Positions 1 to 8,771 of a stretch of 28,902 nt of DNA are shown here, one piece after another (the stretch's first letter is position 1; each line of letters opens with the position of its first letter). Origin of the DNA: a virus; IMG/VR virus record IMGVR_UViG_3300045988_042831, one strand, 5' to 3'. Made by a program: the position numbers and the translations under genes. Under the pieces are notes generated by a model. It was not told the origin of the DNA, did not search any database, and saw only the letters and a list, made by a program, of their open reading frames with translations.

Positions 1-55
1 GACAAGGACACAAAATAAATTCAATCCAACGGAGGAAACAAAAATGAAAAGAATT
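1..55 (+). repeat. 55-bp terminal overlap, identical to 28848-28902 and to internal 28097-28151
   Basis: Direct comparison of the strings gacaaggacacaaaataaattcaatccaacggaggaaacaaaaatgaaaagaatt. Confidence 0.95.
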
Positions 56-220
56 AAAGACTACAACGGCAACACGATTGATTTTGAAGCAGCGGTTATG
101 ATGATGGACGACGAAATCCGTGAAGAACTTCACGCGCAGGGCATTGAAGATGAGCAGGAATTTTATAATGCTTATTGCGATAAGCATTACGAGAAGTACG
201 GCGAAGATTTTGAGATTTGA
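44..220 (+). CDS. Small acidic protein, 58 aa (MKRIKDYNGNTIDFEAAVMMMDDEIREELH...), cargo of promoter cassette copy 2
   Basis: ATG at 44 lies 8 nt after GGAGG. The consensus promoter sits across the circular junction at 28805-28833. The ORF is below the 60-aa cutoff of the ORF track and was translated by hand; the stop TGA is at 218-220. Confidence 0.65.
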   Translation: MKRIKDYNGNTIDFEAAVMMMDDEIREELHAQGIEDEQEFYNAYCDKHYEKYGEDFEI

Positions 221-441
221 GAAAAAGAGGAATGAAGAATGCGGACATTGCACAGGCTCTAAATATCAGCGTTGCGACCGTCCGAACTTACGAGCCATAT
301 AATAAACAACAAAAACCATTAAAGCATCCCGCAAATAGCTTTGTAAAAAACAAAAAAGCCGCAGCGCCCATCGAAAAGATGAGGCCCTGCGGCTTTTTAA
401 CATCTTACTCCATCTGGATTGCATCAATGGCCGAGCCGTAA
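217..441 (+). CDS. Small HTH-like protein (..MKNADIAQALNISVATVRTYE..), possibly a remnant
   Basis: TTG at 217 overlaps the upstream stop (TTGA). The alternative ATG at 232 has GAGG only 1 nt upstream. The N-terminal 25 aa look like a helix-turn-helix. The reading frame runs through the terminator hairpin at 356-395 and overlaps the endolysin 3' end, so the C-terminal half is doubtful. Confidence 0.35.
   Translation: MRKRGMKNADIAQALNISVATVRTYEPYNKQQKPLKHPANSFVKNKKAAAPIEKMRPCGFLTSYSIWIASMAEP
350..400. terminator. Bidirectional intrinsic terminator closing the late operon (minus) and cassette 2 (plus)
   Basis: Stem aagccgcag (356-364) pairs with ctgcggctt (387-395). It is flanked by an A-run upstream and a T-run downstream, so a U-tract follows the stem on both strands. 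Confidence 0.7.
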
Positions 442-1388
442 ATGCCCGCGTAGCCGTTTGCGCCGGAATTATACTTGCTTCCAAAGCGCACCCAACCAAG
501 CCAGCCGCCGCCTTTGATATGTACGCGGCAGTCTACAAAGCCGACGGGCGTGCGTATCTGTACGCCGTCGATCTGCTCGCCGTAAATGCCCGCGTAACCG
601 TCTGCACCTGCGCCGCTGTTTTTGATCTCTGGGAGCCAACCGCCGCCCCGGAGATGAACGCGATAATAAATATCGCAGTTTTTGGCATTGATTTTAAGTC
701 CTTCCATAGCCTGTCCAAAGTTGCCCGCGTAGTCCTCGCAGTTTTTTACCTGCGGGAGCCAATGGCACCCCGCGTATGCGGAATACGTCAGATCACCCGT
801 GCAGGTGGGCTTCGGCGTACTCGGCTTGGGTGTAGGCTTTGCCGGTGTGCTCGCCGCACCAAGCTTTGCGTTGACCTTGGCGGCAATATCGGCGTGATGA
901 TTATAGAGGTACGTGCCCGGACAAGATTTATTATCAAAATCGCGGTGTACCGTCATGTTTGCGCCGTTGAGATGGTACACGCGGGTGTTTTTGTCCGTGC
1001 TCCATACGAGTTTTTTGATGCCGTTGCGTTTGCAAATGTCCGCAACGAGGTTGATAAGCGCCGCGTACGCTTTGCCCGTCACGGCGTAAGGCTCCGACAT
1101 ATCGGATGCCACCTCAATCGTTACGGCGCGGTGATCGTTATCGGGAGACGAGCTGCACCAAGAGCGGTCGCGCTCCTCCACGTACATACCTACACGCCCA
1201 TCGTATCCGATGCCGTAATTGGAGGAGGCCCCACGATTAGGATTGGCAAAGATGTTTCCGAGCGTCTCCACGCTCACCTGTCCAACCACGCAATGGATCG
1301 TGATTGTATCAATCGCGTGCTTTCTGGGGCTGTTTCTGTTGGGCGAGATACGAGTGTGATTTACAAGTGCGCTGTTTGTGTATGACAT
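405..1388 (-). CDS. Endolysin: N-acetylmuramoyl-L-alanine amidase (Amidase_2/PGRP fold) with three C-terminal ChW-like wall-binding repeats
   Basis: N-terminal TIHCVVGQ..SSNYGIGYDGRV..DRSWCSS..HRAVTIEV is typical of Amidase_2. The C-terminus has three repeats of the type GGGWLPEIKN..ADGYAGIYGEQIDGVQI. It is the last gene after the holin. Confidence 0.85.
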   Translation of the reverse strand: MSYTNSALVNHTRISPNRNSPRKHAIDTITIHCVVGQVSVETLGNIFANPNRGASSNYGIGYDGRVGMYVEERDRSWCSSSPDNDHRAVTIEVASDMSEPYAVTGKAYAALINLVADICKRNGIKKLVWSTDKNTRVYHLNGANMTVHRDFDNKSCPGTYLYNHHADIAAKVNAKLGAASTPAKPTPKPSTPKPTCTGDLTYSAYAGCHWLPQVKNCEDYAGNFGQAMEGLKINAKNCDIYYRVHLRGGGWLPEIKNSGAGADGYAGIYGEQIDGVQIRTPVGFVDCRVHIKGGGWLGWVRFGSKYNSGANGYAGIYGSAIDAIQME

Positions 1389-1475
1389 TTAGTCCTCATT
1401 TCCTTTGTTGTTCGAGAGTTCTTTCAAAGCTTCTTCTTTCAGTTCGTTTTCCTTCGTTTCCTTCACATTTTCCAT
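1389..1475 (-). CDS. 28-codon highly charged micro-ORF (MENVKETKENELKEEALKELSNNKGNED) between holin and endolysin
   Basis: Hand translation. RBS GAGGAGGA lies 6 nt upstream of the ATG at 1475. The stop TAA abuts the endolysin ATG (TAAATG). Confidence 0.3.
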   Translation of the reverse strand: MENVKETKENELKEEALKELSNNKGNED

Positions 1476-1500
1476 TCTGCGTCCTCCTCTCTTAGTTGAT

Positions 1501-1716
1501 TTAATCGCGCGTAGGTTCGTCCGTTACTTCCGGCAGACCAGCGACGCTCGTCAGCACGCTCAGCACGCCTGCAAGGGCGGAAGCGGATGCCACCATTGCC
1601 CAATTTACGTCACCGAGCGCAATACTTGTGCCGATTGTTGCCACGGCGGTCTGCGCGATTGTTTTCACGGCGCGGACGCCCGCGGCCTTGAGCCAATTTC
1701 TCCACTTTGTTTTCAT
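1501..1716 (-). CDS. Holin (small protein with two hydrophobic segments)
   Basis: 71 aa. MKTKWRNWLKAAGVRAVKTIAQTAVATIG... plus a second hydrophobic segment and an acidic C-terminus. It sits directly upstream of the endolysin, and its ATGA overlaps the upstream gene. Confidence 0.7.
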   Translation of the reverse strand: MKTKWRNWLKAAGVRAVKTIAQTAVATIGTSIALGDVNWAMVASASALAGVLSVLTSVAGLPEVTDEPTRD

Positions 1717-1976
1717 GGGTGATCCTTCCTTTCGATGTCCTCCAGGTCTGCAAGGCGGTGGTTTACGACCTTGATTTGCTCTTGTATTACGGGGATTTTT
1801 TCCGCAAAATTATTATGTTTTCGCACCTCCCGCGTGAGCTCTTCGATCTTCGCGTCCGTGATCGCCTGCGCGACCCGGAGCTTTTCTTCTGCGCGGCGGT
1901 TGCTGGCGACGTTGGTGATGATGACGCCGACAAGCGCGAGCCCGCCGGTGATGATCGCGACAAAAATGTTTTCCAT
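1713..1976 (-). CDS. N-terminally membrane-anchored coiled-coil protein of the lysis cassette (XhlA-like role possible)
   Basis: 87 aa. TM helix IFVAIITGGLALVGVIITNV followed by a charged heptad-like region. RBS GGGAGGG is present. It is translationally coupled to the holin. Confidence 0.55.
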   Translation of the reverse strand: MENIFVAIITGGLALVGVIITNVASNRRAEEKLRVAQAITDAKIEELTREVRKHNNFAEKIPVIQEQIKVVNHRLADLEDIERKDHP

Positions 1977-1994
1977 TGCTCGCCCTACCCTCCC

Positions 1995-3494
1995 TTATCC
2001 GATGATTGAAAACGCGGGACGCACACCAACGGCGAAGGAAGAGTTGGCTTGGCCCGCACGACCATCGGCATTGACAACAGCGAAAGAGGTGGTCGATACA
2101 ACATCTCTCAGTCCGAACACTTGCCTATTTGACATCATAGACGGGTCGTGAGCAAAGAGCGGAAACTGAGACTTGTCGATAGTGTACAGATACGGAGTGG
2201 GAGAGCCATTATTACCCACACCAAAAATCTCACCGCCGTAAACATTTTGCTCGTTCATAAGCTCAACCGTGCTGTCGTACCAAGAGCCGCCACTCGGCTT
2301 ACCGCCGTTAACGGCGTTGACGAGTAACTGACGATGGGTCATAATATGGTTTGAGCCAAATGCGTTGTTGATTTTTGTTTTCGCTTCCGCAAGTCCCTCC
2401 GTGTACATCTTAGAGCCGATGTAACCGCCCGTGGTAATGTTCGCGTCGTTCACGACATGAGTGTACAGGTTCGCGTCGGGGACAATTACGACATGATGGG
2501 TGGTGCAAGAGACATCTCCCGTCTTGTAGTAATAATCAAAAGCGGCAATACGCCAGTTGACACTATCAATTACCCAGTAATCACCGATATACAGGTCGGT
2601 AAAACTACCATCCGCAATAGCCGCCCATTGTGCGGCGGTCACGCTCGTACCGAGGTTTTTGCCGCGGTAGATGGAGTTATGCGCGCCAGCCCCGCTAGAC
2701 AGTATGGCAAGCACAGGCGCCGCCGCGTTTTCCGCGTTCGTTGCCGCGGTCTGCGCTGCCGTTTTCGCGCTTTCGGCCGCAGCCGCATCGCTGCTGGCGT
2801 TGCTGGCTGCCGTCTCTGCTGCGGTCTTGGCGCCTTCCGCGTCGCTTGCGCTGGTGGCGGCGTTTGTTTCAGACGTGCCCTCATTGGTGGCCGCTGTCTG
2901 CGCCTGTCCGGCCGCGGTGGAGGCTGTACTCGCAGAGCTGGCGGCCGCCGTCGCGGCTCCTGCCGCTGCGCTGGCCGAAGATGTCGCCTGTTCTGCCGCT
3001 TCCTTTGCGGCGGTGACGTTGCCCTCGATCCCCTCCGCCGCCGCGAGCACATCGGCGATCTGCTTGGTCAGGACGCTGTAGTAATCCGACGATACGATCT
3101 CCGCGTCGGAGACGACATTGGGCAAGACGTGCATCACGACCGCAAACGTCGCGATGCTGGTGCCCGCATTATCGTACAGCTTGATCTGTACCGGCACGTT
3201 TCCGCGCACCGTAAAAGCCTGCGGCACGAGGGCCACGGTCACGACGTTGTCGTCGATCGTCGCGGCCGGTGTGTTGCCGTCAGGCAGCGTGTCGTAAAAT
3301 CCTGCGGTGCCGTCCGGCTTTTTGTAGCGGACGGTCACAAGCGTACCGTCTGGCACAACCCATTGCGCGCCGCCCGCGTAGATGCTAAAAGCGATCTTGC
3401 GGCTGTTGCTGTCGTCCTGTACCGCGTGTATGATCTGCGGCGCGCCCGGGTCGAGCAGGTCGACGCGCAGCGCCGCCGTTGTTTCAATTGGCAT
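1995..3494 (-). CDS. Tail fibre / receptor-binding protein with BppU-like N-terminal domain
   Basis: N-terminus ..VQDDSNSRKIAFSIY..PDGTLVTVRYKKPDGT.. matches the BppU_N pattern from memory. A central region of about 110 aa is Ala/Ser/Thr-rich and low-complexity. The C-terminal domain is distinct. It is the last structural gene. Confidence 0.7.
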   Translation of the reverse strand: MPIETTAALRVDLLDPGAPQIIHAVQDDSNSRKIAFSIYAGGAQWVVPDGTLVTVRYKKPDGTAGFYDTLPDGNTPAATIDDNVVTVALVPQAFTVRGNVPVQIKLYDNAGTSIATFAVVMHVLPNVVSDAEIVSSDYYSVLTKQIADVLAAAEGIEGNVTAAKEAAEQATSSASAAAGAATAAASSASTASTAAGQAQTAATNEGTSETNAATSASDAEGAKTAAETAASNASSDAAAAESAKTAAQTAATNAENAAAPVLAILSSGAGAHNSIYRGKNLGTSVTAAQWAAIADGSFTDLYIGDYWVIDSVNWRIAAFDYYYKTGDVSCTTHHVVIVPDANLYTHVVNDANITTGGYIGSKMYTEGLAEAKTKINNAFGSNHIMTHRQLLVNAVNGGKPSGGSWYDSTVELMNEQNVYGGEIFGVGNNGSPTPYLYTIDKSQFPLFAHDPSMMSNRQVFGLRDVVSTTSFAVVNADGRAGQANSSFAVGVRPAFSIIG

Positions 3495-3497
3495 TTT

Positions 3498-5330
3498 TTA
3501 TCGTCCTCCCCTACGAGTTATGCTGCAGAGCACGTAGCGGTTGAGCTGCGCGTCCCATACCCACTCCACACCAAAATCTGCGTTTCCGCCGATGGCGAGC
3601 CGGTCAAAGTGCCCAATGCGCTGCCCGTTTACTACGGACAGGATCGCTTTTCCGCTTTCGGTTTTCACCGCGTTGTAGACGACCAGCGTTCCGGCGCTAA
3701 ACGTCCCGGTATAGCTTCCGTCACTTTTTTCGCCCACGCCCGCGACGATCGGTCCGAGGTACGAGTAAGCGCTGTCCTCGCCGAGTCCGTCCTCGTTTGT
3801 CACGGTGCCGGAAAAGACCTGCACAAGGCCACCTGCACCTTGACCTGTCGAGTAAATGCGCACGCGTAGGTTGTCGTTTTCCAACAGTTTTAACACCGCC
3901 GCCCACAGGTCCATCTCAAATCTGCCGTTTCGGCTTACAACATGGTCAGAGATCAAGTTGACGATGTTGACGAGATCAGCGTTGAGTGTGCCCGCTGTGA
4001 TAAAATCGGCGACCATACCGTTTTCCAACGTGGCCCCGTAAGAAAACGGGCCGTTGTAGCCGTTATTGCTCGCGCCCCATCCCTCATGATTAAAGCGCCA
4101 CACCTTGCGCGCCTTGGTCGGGTCCGGATCATCCGCAATGTACAGCGTGTCCGGCATGCCGTCGTTGTTGGTATCCAGCAGGCGCACCGCGCCGCCGGAT
4201 GCGCCAAGGATGGTCTCCGTAAGCGCAAGCACTGCCTCTCGCAAGTAAGTTTCGCTCGGTTTTTGCTTGATCTCCTGTTGCTGCCCGACGATAGTGTCCG
4301 CGATGTTGGTACGCACGTCGCCGATCTCGACCGAGTTGTACCGCTCAAGCAGCACGTCCGTCTCGATCTTGACAATCTCGGCCTTCGCCTCCACGCCGAG
4401 CTGCGGGTAGCGGATCGTCACCGTGTCGCACAGGTCGCACTTTTCGAGCAGCGCAAGATCCTCGTATTCCGGAAACTGCTCGAGCTGGACAAAAGATGCC
4501 GTGATGCTTGTTTTAGGGATGCCGATCTTGTTGTCCTCGACATACTTTTCCGCACGTGCCTGCAGCTGCGCCGACGTTGGCTGCGCCTCAAAATCGTTGG
4601 AAAAATCCACCGGCACGACGCGCGTAAAATCGTATGTGCCCGGCGCGTTGACGATCTTAGGATCGCAGGTTACGAGCGCACCCTCGGCGTTTGTCCAGTA
4701 AGGATAGATGCCGGTCGCCACGTTGGAGATGTTGCGGTCCTGCTCGATGTCCGTCAGGTTTTTGCCGTAGCTAATCACGACGCCGTTGTCGTATCCGCGA
4801 TGGCCGTACAAGCGGACGGTAAAGCCGTCCCACTCGTACTCACCGCCGTACACGTCGAGGATCGAGCCGGATGAGCCGCCGAGAACCGAGCGCGTCGACG
4901 ACGGTGTAGAGACAGCAAAAGACGCGACGGTAGCCTTGTCCGTCCAAAATGTGAAGGGACTGTCCACCGCCGCGTTGAGGCTGAGCTTTGAAAGCGCATC
5001 CGGCGCGTTGACTGCTGTAAAAGGATTGAGCGGCACGCCGGAAAGGTCGTAGGTGATATGCTGCGCGTACACCATGATGATTCCGTCCATCGGCCGCGTG
5101 ATCCGGTAGATACGGAAAGGCTGCGGCGCCCGGTATGGGCTCGGGATCGCATAGATGATGCAGCGATCCGTGATCTCGTCAAAATGCACGCCGGTGTCCG
5201 GGTATTGCATCGTCAGCTCGAAAGCGCCGTTGCGCTCCTCGTTGACCGTGCAGCTGATTGCATCCGTCAGGACGCCTAGCCCCTGCGTGTTAAACTCCGT
5301 CGCGGTGGACGGAAAAAGAATCGGTTTCAT
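3498..5330 (-). CDS. Tail-associated protein (Tal; phage minor structural protein / prophage tail endopeptidase family)
   Basis: MKPILFPSTATEFNTQGLGVLTDAISCTVNEERNGAFELTMQYP is the typical N-terminus of this family. The start at 5330 has RBS GGAGGG and an ATGA overlap with Dit; the ORF-track start at 5381 was rejected. Confidence 0.8.
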   Translation of the reverse strand: MKPILFPSTATEFNTQGLGVLTDAISCTVNEERNGAFELTMQYPDTGVHFDEITDRCIIYAIPSPYRAPQPFRIYRITRPMDGIIMVYAQHITYDLSGVPLNPFTAVNAPDALSKLSLNAAVDSPFTFWTDKATVASFAVSTPSSTRSVLGGSSGSILDVYGGEYEWDGFTVRLYGHRGYDNGVVISYGKNLTDIEQDRNISNVATGIYPYWTNAEGALVTCDPKIVNAPGTYDFTRVVPVDFSNDFEAQPTSAQLQARAEKYVEDNKIGIPKTSITASFVQLEQFPEYEDLALLEKCDLCDTVTIRYPQLGVEAKAEIVKIETDVLLERYNSVEIGDVRTNIADTIVGQQQEIKQKPSETYLREAVLALTETILGASGGAVRLLDTNNDGMPDTLYIADDPDPTKARKVWRFNHEGWGASNNGYNGPFSYGATLENGMVADFITAGTLNADLVNIVNLISDHVVSRNGRFEMDLWAAVLKLLENDNLRVRIYSTGQGAGGLVQVFSGTVTNEDGLGEDSAYSYLGPIVAGVGEKSDGSYTGTFSAGTLVVYNAVKTESGKAILSVVNGQRIGHFDRLAIGGNADFGVEWVWDAQLNRYVLCSITRRGGR

Positions 5331-6079
5331 AGTGCCCTCCATCTCGGCGTGATCTCCACCGCAGTGACGCCGCCGCTCCAAGTAATCCGCGTTTCTCCGG
5401 CAGGCAGGATCGGAAACTCGCCGCCGGCAATGCGTATCGTACCGTTTTTGTTTTCAAGGCCGTTGTAGGCATTTTGCGTTTCGGCATCCAGCGTCAGGCC
5501 GCTGTCCATGCTGTCGATTGTCACGGTGACGCCGCCGACCGTCAGCATGCCGCTTCCGTTGCCCGTGATCTGGATCAGCGGCAGCGATTCGTCCCAGTTG
5601 TTCAGCAGGATTTGTCCATTTTCGAGCGCCTGCACCCACGTGCCCGCCTTGATATACCGGTGCGGCTTGCAATTAAAATTCAGCGTCGTCTCGCCCGACC
5701 GGTTCAAAAACCGCGTGTCAAAATCCAACGGACCGGTAAAAATCGCCATCCGGTATTCGTCCGGGTGGTAATCGTCCTCCAGCTTATGGTACTGCATCGG
5801 CGAGCCAAGAAGCCATGCGCGCGCCGCATCGGTATTCCGCAGGAAATCGCGGTGGATAAAAGCCGGATACGACACTGTGATGTTTTTATACCGCTTGTTA
5901 TCTCGGATCAGATCGCCGGACCGCCCGGGGATGGACACGAGCTCATAGCCCCTTTCAGGGCCGTTGAAGGTGTTTTCGCCGCTGACATAGATGCCGTACT
6001 CGCGGCAGCAATGCCCGGCAAACCAAAATTTATGCACCGAAAACCGCCGCCTTTCTTTCTGTTGCGTTTTGCATCTCAT
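5327..6079 (-). CDS. Distal tail protein (Dit, siphovirus tail component)
   Basis: It lies between the tape measure and Tal. The sequence has an ..FNG..GY.L.SIPGRSG.. pattern. The true start may be GTG at 6037 (8-nt overlap with the TMP) rather than ATG at 6079. Confidence 0.7.
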   Translation of the reverse strand: MRCKTQQKERRRFSVHKFWFAGHCCREYGIYVSGENTFNGPERGYELVSIPGRSGDLIRDNKRYKNITVSYPAFIHRDFLRNTDAARAWLLGSPMQYHKLEDDYHPDEYRMAIFTGPLDFDTRFLNRSGETTLNFNCKPHRYIKAGTWVQALENGQILLNNWDESLPLIQITGNGSGMLTVGGVTVTIDSMDSGLTLDAETQNAYNGLENKNGTIRIAGGEFPILPAGETRITWSGGVTAVEITPRWRAL

Positions 6080-8561
6080 CCATGATGATATCCGCCAGCG
6101 CCCGCACGTCCTGTCCCGGCGCGCCGTATACCGTGATATTGACGCCGCCGAGGTCAGTCTGGTTGGTTGTGTTGCTGGTGAGCGGCTGCACCATGGCGCG
6201 GTTTCCCATCATTGTGAGCAGCTCCGGTCCGGCCTCACCAACGATCGCCGAGCCCTGCGAGAGGATACCGCCCTTTGCCAGATACGGTATATTCGGGATA
6301 TACGGGATACTGAGGCCGAAATGCCCGCCGCCGAGCCATTTCGGCATGGTAAAGCTGATCGAGTTTAAGCCTCCGATCAAGCTGTTAATTGCGCCGACCG
6401 CGCCGTTCAAAAGCCCGATGATGCCGTTTAACGGCGCTTTTACCATGTTGATGAGGCTGTTAAACAAGCCGCCGAAGATGTTGACGACGCCTTGCCACGC
6501 CTGCTTCCAGTTGCCCGTGAAAACGCCTTTGATGAAATCGAGCACACCTTGAAAAATCTGCTTGATCGCGTTCCACGTGTTTTCAACATTTCTCATAAAA
6601 GCGTTGATAACGTCGCCCAGTCCCGGACCGAAAATTTCCGTCCAGTCCATTTTGAAGACGCCTTGCAGCCAGCTATCCAGCCCCAAAAGGATGCCTTCGA
6701 TCAGGTCGCACGCGCCTGTGATTATCCCAGTGATGGTGTCCCACACGCCCGAGACGATCTCCTGCACACCGTTCCACGCCTGCTCCCAGTTGCCGGTAAA
6801 AATGCCTTGAATAAAATCAATTACACCGTTGAGGATCTGATAAACGCCGTCCCAGATGCCTTTCAGCAGCGAAAAGAATCCATTCAGCACATTGCCTAAG
6901 ACGGGGCCAAAAATCTCCGTCCAGTCCGTAGCAAAAACGCCCTGCAGCCATTCGTTAAAACCTGCCAGCCATGCCTTGATCTCTTCGCCTTTTGTGACAA
7001 TCAACACCAGCACTGCAATCAGTGCGGCGATGGCCGCGATCACAAGCACGATCGGGTTTGCTGCGAGGAAGGACAGTGCACTGGAAATTGCTGAAATACC
7101 ACTGATCACGCTTTGCACAAACTCGACGATTTTCAGCGCAGTCAGCGCGATACCGATCGCGCTGATTACACCGATTACGATTTCCTTGTTTTCGATCAAA
7201 AAGGATACGACGTTCGATACCGCATCAAAAAAGTTCTGGACGCATCCGACGATGGTATCCATGTCGATGCCTGCCGTTGCATCCAAAATCGCTTGTAAAA
7301 TGCCGTTTATGCCCTCCTGCACAGCTGTAAGTACAGGCTGCACACGCTCCGAAAGCTCGGCTGCCTTTTTCGTAAATTCGAGCTGCGCGTTGTTGGCGTC
7401 TACAATGTCCTTGTTGTTGCTGTACCATGCATCGCCGACATCACTGAGGCCCTGATCGGCCATAGCCCGTAAGACGAGGTTTGTCCGGTCGGCCTGCGTT
7501 TCGGCGTCCTGCAATGCAAGATTAAAAAAATCTTCGGCGCTGGAAGCATCTTGCACCGCCTTGTTCCACTCCTCGTTTTCCTCGGTGTTTTCTTTGAGCA
7601 TTACGCCGAAGGTCTCGCCCTCTTTGCTGCCCCAGTTCAGGACGTCCGCAAAGGTGCCCGTCACCTGCCCGGCGCGGATTGTTTCGTTTATCGATTCCGC
7701 AAGACCGTCGATCGGGATGCTGTCCCCGTATTTCGCCCAAGCGCCGACGGCACTCGAAATCAGACTGTTTATATCCTTTTGCGACGCACCAATCGCCTGC
7801 AGGTTCGCCGTTGTTGTGGCAGCGGACTGATCGTCCCCAAGCGCCCCGTAAAGCTGAGAAAAAGCCTCGCTTGTCTCCTCCGCGGAGTATCCCGCCGCCT
7901 CGCTGGAGGTTTCCAGCGTGCCCATGATCTTGCGGTACTCTTTGGTTTCCTCGTTCAGATCCTTAATCCCGGATACGATTCCCTTGATGCCCTCGACAAG
8001 TACATCGGCTTTGAGATGATCGGCGAAACTGGACGCACTGTCTCCCGCTTCTTCGAGCGCGTCGTCTGCGTCCTTGGCCGCATCTTCTACGTCCTCGATC
8101 GGCTTCTCGTCGATCTTTTTGACCTTTGAGGCTGTCTCGGACGCCGCGTCTCCAAGTTGTTTTAAAGCGGATTCGCCCTTTGATTGCGCGATTTCATCCT
8201 GCAAGCTGGACGCCGCCTTTTCGGCTTTCCGCAAATCCGCTTCCGTCGCGACGATTTCGCGCTGCAGTGCATCGTACTGCGCCTGCGAGACTTTCCCCTG
8301 CGCAAACTGTTGCTGCACCTGCTTTTCGGCGTTTTTCAGCGAATCCAGCTTTTGCTTTGTCTGTTCCACGCTCTCCGCCAGAAGCCGCTGCTTCTGCTCG
8401 AGCAGTGTGGCGTTGCCCGGGTCCAGCTTCAGCAGCCGTTCGACGTCGCGCAGCTGCTTCTGTGTCGAGTTGATCTCTTTGTTTACGCCCGAAAGCGCTT
8501 TAGACAGTGCAGTCGTATCGCCGCCGATTTCGATTGTTATACCCTTGATTCGATCCGCCAT
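6030..8561 (-). CDS. Tape measure protein
   Basis: 843 aa. It has an N-terminal coiled coil, central hydrophobic helices and an internal tandem duplication of about 93 codons (..DWTEIFGP..). It sits downstream of the chaperone pair. Confidence 0.9.
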   Translation of the reverse strand: MADRIKGITIEIGGDTTALSKALSGVNKEINSTQKQLRDVERLLKLDPGNATLLEQKQRLLAESVEQTKQKLDSLKNAEKQVQQQFAQGKVSQAQYDALQREIVATEADLRKAEKAASSLQDEIAQSKGESALKQLGDAASETASKVKKIDEKPIEDVEDAAKDADDALEEAGDSASSFADHLKADVLVEGIKGIVSGIKDLNEETKEYRKIMGTLETSSEAAGYSAEETSEAFSQLYGALGDDQSAATTTANLQAIGASQKDINSLISSAVGAWAKYGDSIPIDGLAESINETIRAGQVTGTFADVLNWGSKEGETFGVMLKENTEENEEWNKAVQDASSAEDFFNLALQDAETQADRTNLVLRAMADQGLSDVGDAWYSNNKDIVDANNAQLEFTKKAAELSERVQPVLTAVQEGINGILQAILDATAGIDMDTIVGCVQNFFDAVSNVVSFLIENKEIVIGVISAIGIALTALKIVEFVQSVISGISAISSALSFLAANPIVLVIAAIAALIAVLVLIVTKGEEIKAWLAGFNEWLQGVFATDWTEIFGPVLGNVLNGFFSLLKGIWDGVYQILNGVIDFIQGIFTGNWEQAWNGVQEIVSGVWDTITGIITGACDLIEGILLGLDSWLQGVFKMDWTEIFGPGLGDVINAFMRNVENTWNAIKQIFQGVLDFIKGVFTGNWKQAWQGVVNIFGGLFNSLINMVKAPLNGIIGLLNGAVGAINSLIGGLNSISFTMPKWLGGGHFGLSIPYIPNIPYLAKGGILSQGSAIVGEAGPELLTMMGNRAMVQPLTSNTTNQTDLGGVNITVYGAPGQDVRALADIIMDEMQNATERKAAVFGA

Positions 8562-8565
8562 CTAA

Positions 8566-8771
8566 TCACCCTTTCGGAAAAAAGTGGTTAATATCCGCCT
8601 GCGTTGCTTTATACGGATATTTTTCTTGGTCGTTCGCCTGCTCGATCAGCATATCGTAGACCATGCCCACTGTCATATCGTCGAGGTCCTCGCGGCTCAG
8701 TCCCAACTCCGCGCAGCGGAGCATAAAGGTCGCGCCGGTTGCTTCACGCACCGTCTGCCTTATTTTTTTTT
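8566..8771 (-). CDS. Tail assembly chaperone, -1 frameshift extension (gpT-like part of a G/GT pair)
   Basis: The -1 frame is open from the A9 run (8763-8771) down to 8566. The 61-aa ORF in the track has only a GTG start and no RBS. Confidence 0.55.

Noticed and set aside
1-55. Terminal 55-bp direct repeats as attL/attR or as physical direct terminal repeats of the virion
   Set aside because: The repeat is part of a longer 133-bp promoter element that also occurs internally. No integrase or host flank is present, and the exact 55-bp length fits an assembly circularisation overlap better. Physical ends are more likely cos sites near the HNH/TerS region.
1995-3494. Diversity-generating retroelement targeting the tail fibre C-terminus
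   Set aside because: There is no reverse transcriptase ORF anywhere in the window, and I could find no template repeat matching the fibre 3' region.
2457-3869. Very long plus-strand ORFs antisense to structural genes (for example 2457-3869, 11132-12904, 519-1385, 3942-4874, 5474-6085), plus Arg-rich minus-strand ORFs such as 2639-3052
   Set aside because: They lie fully inside well-supported minus-strand genes. They have Arg/Ala/Cys-rich compositions typical of shadow frames in GC-rich DNA, and they lack RBSs and any recognisable motif.
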